Shown piece after piece: positions 12,771-24,605 of a stretch of 64,000 bases of DNA. Every line of letters starts with the position of its first letter. Position 1 is the first letter of the stretch. Below the pieces are notes generated by a model. That model saw only the letters and a program-made list of their open reading frames with translations. It ran no database searches and was not told the origin of the DNA. Origin of the DNA: Octopus vulgaris (Eukaryota); the NCBI GenBank assembly GCA_951406725.2, contig OX597819.1, forward strand, positions 31,000,001-31,064,000, read 5' to 3'. A program made the position numbers and the translations under genes.

Positions 12771-13288
12771 CTGTTAAAATAGACGTGCTAAAATGGTTTC
12801 TTAGAAATCCAGTGTAGATTATACAAAGCCAAAGAATGAATCACTATTTCTTATGGAAAAATCAATAATCTATAGGTGGTCAGGTTTTGGCTTTATGTAG
12901 AATTATTTTCAGTTACATATGTGTTGGAAAGGTCAGTAAGGATATCTAAAGGCAGTATGTGTCATCAGAACTCTATATTGCAACTGGTGAACAATAATGC
13001 CATTGGTTAAAAGTTTCCAAAGGGTCAATCACTGGTTCATTGCATTTCTGATGGTAAGAGTGACAAGAGAGTGTCTGCAGGTCAATTAAAAAAAAAAAAA
13101 AAACAGAGATGAAGTCATGGAGTTGGAGTCAGAGTGAGAGTTTTGTAGAGTCACTCAGAAATAGTTATTGGGTTATTGGAGTCAGAAGCCAGTGAAAATG
13201 TACTGAATCCAACCCCAACTAAATGTAAAGTATGTTAAAATTTCCAATTTCAAAGATACTAATTAGAAAACAACTAAATCAGATTTAA

Positions 13289-14360
13289 CCCTTTAGCATT
13301 TAAACCAGCTATATCTGGCCCAAATATTCTATTTGTTTTATGTTCGAATTGGCCATGTGTGTGCAGGTTCTCACACTTACCCTACAATATCAATGTAAAG
13401 TCATATCAACAAAATCACAAAGCTACAAGACCAACACATGATTAATTCAAAACAATGTAAATAAATAAGCATTACATTTAACAAAATAATTTGAATGCTA
13501 AAGGCTTGACCCTTTTGTTACCATATTTTTGTAGAAATATACTGCTCTCATTTCAATTAATTTTGAAAATAAATGGATCTTTTCAGTTTGAACGACAGTT
13601 TTTAAAATAATTTCTAGGTAATTAAAAAATTCTAAACTTCGTATACTGGTAGAATGTGTTTATAAAACATCTTTTTCTCTTGCCTTTATTGAGAAAATTC
13701 TATAGTTTGTAAGATATTTGTTGTTTTTTTTTTCTTCAATTTCTGCAATTTCAACCAATCAGTGACATCCATTGAGTTAAAAAGCATTCTGTGCTGTATG
13801 AATATGTCCCTCGTTTAAGAAACAGATTGGGTTTATTTACATTTGTGAAGAAAAAAAGATACCCTTCCCCTAACCCTAACTAACCCTAACCGAGATTGAA
13901 ATGCAAAAATCGATTCTAGGGTCATAATTATGGGTGACAATTTCATTTGACACCGCTAGAAAAAACTCCCGTTCAAACCAAAGAGATCCAAATAAATAAT
14001 AATTTTGCAAAGCAACTAAGTCATTTAATGTAATCTTTTATGTTACATTAATTCAAATTCGTTACTCAAACAATGCTTTAATCTCGAAAAGGAAGGTGAT
14101 ATGTATCTGAGTTTATTTCTTCTAAAAATGGTCATTTGTTATGTGGCATTAGATGTACAATCTTGTAATTTTTTTTTTAAACTGATAAACTAATATGTTC
14201 CTGATTGCATTTTATAGTTTTTTTTACAGCTTATTAGAGGTGAATCTGCAATACAAATTAACAGAAAATTTTGATCAAAGATTTGAATTTAGTTCACTTT
14301 AAAACAGTAAGCTAGTATCACAGAACCAGGGGCGGTTGTGGGTAGGTTGGTATGAAAAGG
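13289..14360. mobile_element. Two adjacent decayed TTAA MITEs, the second carrying nested insertions
   Basis: TTAACCCTTTAGCATT...AATGCTAAAGG, then TTGACCCTTTTGTTACC...GGTATGAAAAGGATTAA. Confidence 0.7.
13575..13989. mobile_element. GG-ended MITE with 8-bp TSD (copy 2)
   Basis: Same sequence family as 6742-7152; perfect TSD AAATAAAT; internal CCCTAACCCTAACTAACCCTAACC. Confidence 0.9.
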
Positions 14361-15603
14361 ATTAAGGGTATCTACAGAGAAGGATCTGGTAAAAGTAATT
14401 TTGTATCTAAAAACAGGATGTTGTTGAATTTTGGGTTTGGATTCTTGATTTAACCCCTACTTTATAGATTTCTTTAATCCTCTTGGGATACCCAGGCCAA
14501 CCGTCCAATCTAAGTAATACAAGCTGAAAGGACTTAGAGGCTGATCCATCAACTCAATGAAACAAACATTGTAAATGGTTGGTTTTGAAGTGTAATAGCC
14601 TCAATCAGAGATTGTCTTTCAGTACATTTTTTTTTTGTTTCTTTCATAGAAACATGATTATTATTTTATTTATTTACATGTATTGTGTTGTTCTAGGTTT
14701 TATTATTGTGATAGATGTATTGTACTGTTTATAAGCTTTCATATTATATATAATTTTACATACTAAAATAAAGTAGTTTTAGGCACTTTGTCCTTTGTTT
14801 TCTACAGACACCCATCAATTTCAACGTCAACAGAAAAAATTTTGGTCCTTTTGGTTACACAAACCAAAATACTGTGTCTCAAGAGGGTTAAAAGACTTTG
14901 CAACAATAAACTTTTCAATCCTTTATAATATAATTCCTATTTCATTTAATGTAATCTTTTGTTACATTAAATTAAATTTGTTATTCAAACAATGCTTTAA
15001 TCTTGAAAAGGAAGGTGATATGTATCTGAGTTTATTTCTTCTAAAAATGGACATTTGTTAAATTGCTTTAAAAGTACAATCTTTTAGATTTTTTGAAACA
15101 GATAAGCTAAGATGTTCCTGATTCTATTTTATAGTATTTTTATAGCTTATTTCTTTTATATCTTTTTACTTTAAAGCTGTTGATAAAGCAGTTTCTTTTT
15201 AGCTTTTAGTTGTTTTAGCCAATGGACTGCAATCATGCTGGGGTACTGCCTTCAAAGGTTTTCAGTCAAAACAAATCAACCCCAATACTTTTTTTTTTTT
15301 AAGTCTGGTAGTTATTCTATTAATCTCCTTTGCCAAACTGCTAAGTTACAGAAACTTAAAGAAACCAACACAGATTGTCAAGCAATGTGGAGGTAGGAGC
15401 AAACAAACGTAGACACAAAGACCAAGGACACACAGACACACAGACATGACGGGCTTCCACACAGTTTTTGTCTGTCAAATTGACTCACAAGGTATAAGTC
15501 AGAAGACACTTGCCCAAGATACTATACAGTGAGATTGAGCCCCAAACCCCCTTGATTGCAAAACAAGCTTCTTAGCTACACAGTCTTCATGATGAACAGT
15601 CTT

Positions 15604-16118
15604 TTTGAAGATGAGATGTACATGAGAAATATTTGAAGGATTTGGGGAATAGGAAGTTCGCTAGCGGTCCCCAGCCACAAGTATATCCCTGTTGGGAGAA
15701 CGTCTTGTCTGCCATAGATTTTCCACAGACGCAGGGACAGGACAGGTTGAAGCCGCCAGTTGCTGGATCAGACACTTCTGTTAGCCAGGTGCGGCCCTGA
15801 TACCACTGGGTGTCAGAACAACCAGGAGAATTTATCTACGAAGCAATTGCCCCAGCTCCCCTTCAGGGTTGGCGAAAGCAATGTGGTGGACAACAAAAAA
15901 CCTGGCTGATGACAGTCAAGGCTGATCTGGAACCCAACCTAGGCCCCCATGTCTACGGTGTTCACCACTGGAATAGGGAGTGGTTGGAGATCACGCAGTC
16001 GTTAGCCTCAAATTGCCAGGCCTGGTCAGCATTTGTGAGAGATACAGCATTGAGGATGAATGAAGCCAGCTCAACCCACCCCGGGTGAATGCTGTCTCAA
16101 GACAAGACAAGAGAAGAC
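15604..16118 (+). mobile_element. Short RTE-clade retroposon insertion (LINE C-terminus, CAAGA tail)
   Basis: 12-bp TSD ATGAACAGTCTT at 15592-15603 and 16119-16130; GWRKQCGGQQKTW..WNREWLE..LA..QAWSAFVRD C-terminal pattern; (CAAGA)n tail. Confidence 0.85.
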
Positions 16119-16800
16119 ATGAACAGTCTTAATTTTTACCCTTCATTGGGAGAACCCTTCAGAAATATTCACACCACTTCACTTTGCTTCTTCTGTTATT
16201 TTAGAAGTTTCTCATGTGCATAACTGTTTATAACTTCTTTAATAAATAGTATTTAAAAAAAAAGCTACAACTGCAGAATTATAATGCTTAAACCTAAACT
16301 TTTACAGGATAGATTGCTGAACTGTAGCCTGATGATTCCCACTGCCCATGAATGTTGCATAAATTTAGTCAACATGAGAAATATACAATTAATCTAATTA
16401 CAGATAGAGATATTGGGCCTCACGGAAGAGATGACAAAGGACTGAGACTCCTGGTAGTTTGCTCTGCTTGAGAAGATGTCAAGCTAAGTAAAATCATGAT
16501 TGTCCTTGCATTCAGGCATGTCCCCTGAATCCCTCTTCAGCAGAGCAATCCTAATATTGTGGGCACGTGGACACTGGGACCATGTAAAAAGCACCTGTGC
16601 CCATGTGATGTAAAAGCACCCATCCTGGTGCTGCATAAAAGCACCCAGTACACTTTTTAAAGTAGTTGACATTAGGAAAGGCATCCAGCTGTAGAAACCA
16701 TGCCAAAACAGACATGGAGCCTGGGCAGCTCTTTGATTGGTTAACTGTCAAACCATCTAGCCCATGCCAGCATGAAAAACAGATGTTAAATAATGACGAT

Positions 16801-17103
16801 TGTTTGTTCCTTCTCAAACCATGCCTGGCTCATAAGGGCCGGTTTCCCGGTTTCTTTGGCGTATAGGTCCCCACCTGGATGGGACGCCGGTCCATCACAG
16901 GTGAGCTGCAAGATGCAGGAGGAAAGAGAGAGATAAAGTTGTCGCGAAAGAGTCAGCAGAAGTTCCGCCATTACTTTCTGTCGGAACCACATGGAGCTTA
17001 GGTGTTTCGCTCATAAACACACACATCACCCAGGCTGAGATTCGAACTCGCGATCCATCGACCGTGAGTCCGCTGCTCTAACCTCTAGGCCATGTGCCTC
17101 CAC
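16801..17103 (-). mobile_element. tRNA-headed SINE inserted in the tail of another SINE
   Basis: Minus-strand head GTGGAGGCACATGGCCTAGAGGTTAGAGC..GAGTTCGAATC (A and B boxes); 14-bp TSD TAAATAATGACGAT. Confidence 0.9.
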
Positions 17104-17289
17104 TAAATAATGACGATGATGATGATGGGCAGAAAATACTATAAATTGAGGAGATGGAGTGCAAATCAGAGATTTTGTGAACCAATTCTACAGCTCTGGT
17201 TTAAAACCCACCTTTTGGTTTTCTCAGTAATGTGTACATCCTTTGTCAATTATACGCCGATGAAAGATATACAAATACATATAGAAAAG

Positions 17290-17602
17290 GGAAGACATGT
17301 GGCTTAATGGTTACAGTATTCAGCTCATAATCATAAGTTCGATTCCCAGTGGTGCACTGTGTCCTTGAGCAAAACACTTTTTCCATGTTACTCCAATCCA
17401 CTCAACTGGCAAAAATTAGTTGCATCTGTAATTCAAAAGGGCCAACCTTGTCATATTCTGTGTCATGCTGAATCTCCCAGGGAACTATGTTAAGTGTACA
17501 TGTGTCTGTGGAGTGCTCAGCCACTTGCACCTTAATTTCACGAGTAGGTTGTTGCCTTGATCAGATCAACTAGAACACTCGTCATAACTGACAGAGTACC
17601 AG
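17290..17602 (+). mobile_element. Diverged tRNA-headed SINE (GTGTCCTTGAGCAA core)
   Basis: GTGGCTTAATGGTTA A box, GTTCGATTCCC B box; head and core related to 46182-46520. Confidence 0.7.
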
Positions 17603-17658
17603 GCCACATATATACATATACACACACATTATATATATATATATATATATATATATTT

Positions 17659-17954
17659 TCCTTCTTGAGTCATGCCTGGCTCATAAGGGCCGGTTTCCCG
17701 GTTTCCTTGGCGTATAGGTTCCCCACCTGGATGGGATGCCGGTCCATCGCAGGTGAGCTGCAAGATGCAGGAGTAAAGAGTGAGAGAAAGTTGGGGCGAA
17801 AGAGTCAGCAGAAGTTCGCCATTACCTTCTGCTGGAGCCATGTGGAGCTTAGGTGTTTCGCTCGTAAACACACACATCGCCCAGTCTGAGATTTGAACCC
17901 GCGATCCCTCGACCACGAGTCTGCTGCTCTAACCACTAGGCCATGTGCCTTCAC
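17659..17954 (-). mobile_element. tRNA-headed SINE, same family as 16801-17103
   Basis: Colinear high similarity to 16801-17103 and 22335-22639. Confidence 0.88.
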
Positions 17955-19321
17955 ACACATTATATATACCCCAACACATCATCATCATCTTTATTATCTC
18001 TTTTCATTTGGGATACCCATATACTTCCTCTACACCAAGATAGCTATTCCTGTCCCTCTATCATATCCTGCCCCTCAACCTGAAATAAAGCCACCGCTAT
18101 CTATGCTACATCCCAATCCCAGTTCAGTTGGGAGGTCTTGTCTTTCAAATTATTCTGTAACCTCACTAGTGTCAGTGAGCTAACTCTATAAAGTGGATGG
18201 TGTTAAGGATATCCAGCTGTAGAAACAATGCTAAAGCAGACACTGGAAGTTCGTGTAGTCCTCAGCAGTGGTGGTGGTGGTGGTAGTAGCAACAGCAGCA
18301 GAATGATAGAAATGGCTGAGTTTCATCCATCTATATTATAGTGGTGGTGGTAGTAGTAGTGGCAGTGGTGAAAATGATGAAGCAGAGTTTAAATCTTAAT
18401 AAGAACCATTTCTATTTGGTTGCACTTTTTGAAATTTTGAAATTAAGAGAACATTTTCAAATTTGGTGTATTGATGTAATTTTTCATGCTGAATCTTAGG
18501 GCCTAATTCACTTGTTCAAGAATTTTTTTTTTTTTTTTTTCCCCAAAGTTACAGAGGTTTAAAGTTTGATAATTTTTACCCAGTCAGAAAACAGGATTTG
18601 GAAGCAGTCATTTTGTGTATGTGACTGCAATTGTCAAACAACAAAGCAATAACATAAGCACTGCAATGATAGCATGTGTTTTAAGCATTTAATAAGCAAG
18701 AAATAACCAAAAAAGGGGTAAACAACTCATATTTTGTAGTTTTAAGCATTCAATATGCATTCAATGTGGAAAAAAAAAGAGTAAACAACACATTTTATAG
18801 TTTTAAGACCCCCTAAAGCTAACTGTAAACAAATGAAATATCTTTTTGTAAACACACAAGGTTTTACAGGAGAGTTGCCAATGCTTGGCTTGTTATTATA
18901 TGTTTGTGGCTTTCGAGTGGCTAAAATTACTTAAAATTTGCAAACTTTGTTTAGCGGTGGTGCCCCAGCATGGCCGCGGCCTTCGCGCTAAAACATTTTT
19001 AAGGATTTAAGGATTTAAAAGTTATTAAATATTTATTTGTTGATTGATGGCAAAAATTAATTTCATGACAATAATGAGCATACAAAACTACATCAATACA
19101 CAAAATTTGAAATCAATTGGAACAAAATTTAAGAAAATGAAAAGAGACAGCCAAAGAGAAAAGATCCCTAAAAACCACTAACCTTCACTTGCAACAATTA
19201 CCATGTAAATTTCATAAATTTCAACTTGTTGTGTAGCATCTGGTCAACTGTCATGCAGCAGCCCTTTGATCTACTACATGTTCCAGTCATAACCATCCTT
19301 TTTTTTTTTCATGGAAATGTA

Positions 19322-19928
19322 GGCGTAGGAGTGGGTGAGTGGTAAGTAGCTTGCTTATGAACCACATAGTTCCAGGTTCAGTCCCACTGCGTGGCACCTT
19401 GGACAAGTGTCTTCTACTATAGCCTCGGGCCGACCAAAGCATTGAGTGGATTTGATAGACGGAAACTGAAAGAAGCTAGTCATGTGTGTGTTTGGCGAGC
19501 TGGCAGAAACGTTAGCACATCGGGCGAAATGCTTAGCGGTATTTCATCTGCTGTTACGTTCTGAGTTCAAATTCCGCCAAGGTCGACTTTGCCTTTCATC
19601 TTTTCGGGGTCAATTAAATAAGTACCAGTTACGCACTGGATCGATATAATCGACTTAATCCGTTTGTCTGTCCTTGTTTGTCCTCTCTGTGTTTAGCCCC
19701 TTGTGGGTAGTAAAGAAATATGTGTGTTTGTGTGTCTGTGTTTGTCCCCAAACATCACTTGACAACCGATGCTGGTGTATTTACGTCCCCCGTATCTTAG
19801 CAGTTCAGCAAAAGAGACCGATAGAATAAGTACTGGGCTTACAAAGAATAAGTCCTGGTGTCGATTTGTTCGACTAAAGGTGGTGCTCCAGCATGGCCAC
19901 AGTCAAATGACAAACGAGTAAAAGAGAG
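19322..19928 (+). mobile_element. CORE-like SINE with a Meta-like SINE nested at ~19494-19719
   Basis: Host head and tail are intact; the second SINE sits inside the central TG microsatellite. Confidence 0.88.
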
Positions 19929-20504
19929 TAGAAATGTGTCCCTAAAACATTATCTCATTTATGTTTCCTTCATTTAAGACAGTTTGATGTAATTTCATAG
20001 AGGTTTGGCTACTGTATCTTGCAGATCTAAGCAATATGCTTAGATGGCCCCTTTTAGGCCATCCACGTTGCAGTTGTTTTCACTCAGTAGAAGACACTAC
20101 TAATGCTGGTGACATTTATCAGTGGAATTAGACAGTTTTAGTTGACATATGTTGGTACACACTTGTCAAATGTCAGCTTCTTAATTCAGTACTACTGTTA
20201 TCCCAAGAACAGACATCCTATTGACTTCCTCCTCTTACTTCTCCTCCTCACCTTTGACCTTCACTACTCTCAGTTTACTAAGTTATCATTCATTCATGAC
20301 AGTGACACAGTTGACAGCAACATAGTTCTTCTACTACCACCAACACCACTCTTAAGGGAGGGAGTGGCTTCAGTCAGTCTATGGCCATTCCCCACCTCCA
20401 TGACCCAAGGAGCCCCCCCACCAGAGCCAACTAACATGGGGGGGGGGGGCTTAATGAATTTCTGCTGATGGGGAGAGTAAGGCCCGTTAATGAAGTGAAT
20501 GATC

Positions 20505-20610
20505 AATAACATCATCATCATCATCATCATCTCTATCACCACCACCACAGTTATAATCATTATCATCATTGCCACCACCATCATTATCATCGCTATCACC
20601 ATCATTATAT

Positions 20611-20643
<33 letters not shown>

Positions 20644-20690
20644 TCAACATGGCTGTCATTACCAACACTAACATTGTTATCACCACCAGT
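20505..20690. repeat. Degenerate (CAT/CAC)n trinucleotide tract
   Basis: Directly visible; it produces the low-complexity ORFs here. Confidence 0.9.
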
Positions 20691-22334
20691 TGAGAGCTGG
20701 ATAACCAGGAAACACAAGCAACATTAATGAACTGGCCGGGGAGCTTAAATGTTGTTCTACAGCTTTCAATATAAGTTAGAGCATAACACAATGTGAAAGA
20801 AAGGACAAGATCAAGGTACCTTCATTCCTCTCAAGAAATCATTAACAACACTGATGAGTCAAACAGCGCCAATTAGTAAATGAACCTGTTTATAACCATT
20901 AACTTATTAGATATGTTTAGCTCTGGCTCAGGTAAGTGCTACAGAAGTAATTAGTAATAGTTTAGTAATATAGGTGTGGCATGGCTGTATTGTAAGAAGC
21001 TTGCTTCCCATCCACATGGTTCCAGGTTCAGTCCCATTATGTGGCACCTTGGGCAAGTGTCTTCTACTATAGCCTTGGGCTGACCAAAGCCTTGTGAGTG
21101 GATTTGATAGATGGAAATTGAAAGAAGCCCATCAAATATATATATATATATATATATATGTGCGTGTGTGTATGTGTGTATGTATGTATGTATGTATGCA
21201 TGCATGCATGCATGTATGTATGCATGTATGTATGCATGCATGTATGTATGTATGTAATGCACTGTTTCCGTGATGGTAAGATCAGCAAAAAAATAGTACT
21301 TCATCTTGTGAGAGATAAATATTATTTAGTGGACAAAATATGTTTTTAGGTGCTACTATTAGTTTCATGTACTGTGAATATGCCCAACATTGTTTTATAA
21401 CAAGTCTAGTGTCCCAGCACAATCATCAGATTCTGCCTACATGGCAGTGTGTGTGTGTGTCTTTGTATCTGTGTTTGTCTCCCAACACCGCTTGACAACT
21501 TGTGCTGATGTGTTTATATCCCCATGACTTAGCAGTTCAGCAAAAGCAAACCAACAGAATAAGTACCAAGCTTAAAAAAAAATAAGCCCTGGGGTTGATT
21601 CCTGCAACTAAAAAGTTCTCCAAGGCGGTGCCCCAGCATGGCCACAGTCTATTGACTGAAACAAGTAAAAGATAAAAGATAATATAGATAAAAGCTAATC
21701 AACACTGAAATAATTAATAAAGAGGCAAACCCTTTCATATTATTGACAGCTTCTTCCATACATAGCAAAAATATAAGTTTGTATCAGCAATAACACATTA
21801 CTTGTTCCTTTTCTCCACTTTCAGTACCTTAGCAATTAACATAATGCTGGTAGCCTTTCATACAAAAAATTCATAATATCAATGGTTGAGAGACCTCTAA
21901 TAGTTCCATATCAACTGAAAACATACAGGGAGTCTTTTCTACTGATGTAAGACTAAACGGTGCATGCTTGTTACCCCATAATTGAAGTTGGATTTTTTGA
22001 ATTTTTACATGAGCTTTTTTAGAGTGGAAGGGTAGCATCCACGAGATCCTTTCAGGGCTCATGTGACTGGTGGAATGGTGGAAGGAAAGGAAAAAATTTT
22101 CTTCAGACCAGAGACAGTATTTGAATGTTTGCAACAAATGGTAACCTAGAACAAGCATCTAATGGTATGGCAGTGGTGTTAAACTGGGCACTAGAATAGG
22201 TCTGCAATCCAAAAACAAGAACAATCCATCTGATAGGTTTCTACAGTTTCCATCTACTGAATTACACTGACAAGAATTTCATCAATCCCAAACTATAGTG
22301 GGGGACACTTACCCCAGGTACTATGCAGTGAGAT

Positions 22335-22639
22335 GTTGTTTGTTCCTTCTCGAGCCATGTCAGGCTCATAAGGGCCGGTTTCCCGGTTTCTTGGCGTATA
22401 GGTTCCCCACCTGGACGGGACGCCGGTCCGTCGCAGGTGAGCTGCAAGATGCAGGAGGAAAGAGTGAGAGAAAGTTATGGCAAACGAGTCAGCAGAAGTT
22501 TGCCATTACCTTCTGCCGGAGCCGCGTGGAGCTTAGGTGTTTTTGCTCATAAACACACGCATCGCCCAGTCTGAGATTCGAACCTGTGATCCCTCGACCG
22601 CGAGTCCGCTGCTCTAACCACTAGGCCATGTGCCTCCAC
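22335..22639 (-). mobile_element. Young tRNA-headed SINE
   Basis: TSD AGTGAGAT at 22327-22334 and 22640-22647; TGGCCTAGTGG A box; GGTTCGAATC B box; CpGs retained. Confidence 0.92.
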
Positions 22640-22825
22640 AGTGAGATAATAACTTGAAATTAATTATATAGTTACAAAGTGAAATTCTTAACCATACAGG
22701 TGTGTTCGCACCAACAGAGATGAATGTTTGATACCTTAGAGAATTTCAGGACAACTGATGCTAATGATATCATGTACTCTACAGTACTCAACTCAAAGAA
22801 CAAAATCAGAAACCATCTAAATGTA

Positions 22826-23147
22826 CATCATCATCATCATCATCATCGTTTAACGTCCATTTTCCATGCTAGCACGGGTTGGACGGTTCAACCAGGTCTG
22901 GGAAGCCAGGAGGCTGCACCAGGCTCCAGTCTGATCTGGCAGTGTTTCAACAGCTGGATGCCCTTCCTAACGCCAACCACTCCGTGAGTGTAGTGGGTGC
23001 TTTTTATGTGCCACTGGCACAGGTGCCAGGGGAGGATGGCAGCGGCCACGATCAGTTGGTGCTTTTTATGTGCCACCGGCTCAGAAGCCAGTCAAGGCGG
23101 CGCTGGCATTGGCCACATTTGGATGGTGCTTTTTACATGCCACCATC
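22826..23147 (-). mobile_element. (GAT)n-tailed retroposon with three internal repeat modules
   Basis: (CAT)n tail followed by the family body and three GGTGCTTTTTAYRTGCCAC modules. Confidence 0.85.
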
Positions 23148-23966
23148 CAAAGATGGCCGATATACAAAAAAAATTATAAGGCCACCAGCTGGAAACCATT
23201 TTAAATATACATGTATAGCATACATCATAACACTTTCAGCTGAAGGTCATTGAAATACAGATGTACAACATATATTGTATGGTCCAAGCTGGAGGCCATT
23301 TAAATATACAAGTACTACATACAATATAACAGCTCCAATTACAAAGACAACCAACAAACTGTATTTAAAAACCAGATGACTCATTGATAGAAAGCCGGCA
23401 TAGCTGTGTTGGTAAGAAGCTAGCTTCCCAACCAAATGACCTTGGGTTCAGTCCCACAGTGCAGCACTTTCAACAAATATTTTCAAAAAAGACTCATCAA
23501 GCCAAGTGAAACCAGCTTGAGAAGACCTGTCAAGTGAAAGTGTAATCATAGCCAATGCTGGTGTCATGTAACAGGTACCTGTGCCCGGTGGCACATAAAA
23601 AACACCCTTTGAATGTTGGGCCTCATGGTAGTGATAAGTGACTGAGGTCTTCAGTGATATGCTGTGCTTGGGAAGACTCATCAAGCCAAGTGAAATCAGT
23701 CATGGCTGATGCTGATGTCACATAACTGGCACCTATGACACTCTCCAAATGGTTGGCATTAGGAAGGGCAACTGGCCATAGAAACCATGCCAGATCAGAT
23801 TGGAACCTAGTGCAGCTCTCCAGCTTACCAGTTTCAGTCAAACTGTCTAACCCACGCAAGCAGACACTAAATGATCATGGTAACGCTGGGTCAGTCAAAG
23901 CCTTGTGAATGGATCTGGTAGATGAAAAGTAAAAGGAGAGTTCATTGTATGTATGTGTGTGTATAT

Positions 23967-24000
<34 letters not shown>

Positions 24001-24001
<1 letters not shown>

Positions 24002-24127
24002 TAAATTAGAGATAAAACCACTATTAGGCAAATCAAATAGTGATAGACATAAACCAAAACATAAAAAACAAAAAATAAATATAATTAATATTTGATTTGC
24101 CTAATAGTGGTTTTTCCTCTAATTTAA
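24001..24127. repeat. Short inverted repeat in a TA-flanked element
   Basis: TTAAATTAGAGATAAAACCACTATTAGGCAAATCAAA mirrored at 24091-24127; the same sequence recurs near 58905-58942. Confidence 0.7.
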
Positions 24128-24207
24128 TTTATATTTATACTGTGAAATTTGATTTAATACTAAATCTAATTTTTCCCTGTAAGTTTGGATATACTCCCTA
24201 ATATTAT

Positions 24208-24249
<42 letters not shown>

Positions 24250-24514
24250 GGGAGGGGAGACCCCCCCCCCCCACTGTTTAACAATTGGTGTTTGTTTAAG
24301 TAGTACCCATAACTTGGGGATTCGGCAAAAAAAAAAACAGAAAAAGTACCAGATATTAAAAAAAAGCAAAATAAGAACTGGGGTTAATTTGTTTGAGTAA
24401 ACATTTGAAAGTGGTGCCCCAGCATGGCCACAATCCAATAACTGAAACAAGTAAAAGATAAAAAGATAGATACATACATACAATAAATAATTCATGAGCT
24501 TTACAGATACTTAC

Positions 24515-24605
24515 AATTCCAAGTGTAACTCCGATTCCAAAAGTAACTCCTGCAGTTCTGAGTGTAAGTCTTACACTTCTGTGTGTAAATTTCAACTGTC
24601 TAGAC
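24515..24605 (-). CDS. Candidate 91-nt internal exon of a minus-strand gene
   Basis: Acceptor TTTACTTTTCTCAATCCTACAG and donor ATT|GTAAGT. Only one frame is open (phase 2 to phase 0): SRQLKFTHRSVRLTLRTAGVTFGIGVTLGI. It could also be UTR. Confidence 0.55.

Noticed and set aside
20294-20791. 165-aa Met/Val/Ile-rich ORF
   Set aside because: Generated by the CAT/CAC tract.
22560-22639. tRNA gene
   Set aside because: A and B boxes are present, but this is a SINE head continuous with a multi-copy body and TSD; no complete cloverleaf.
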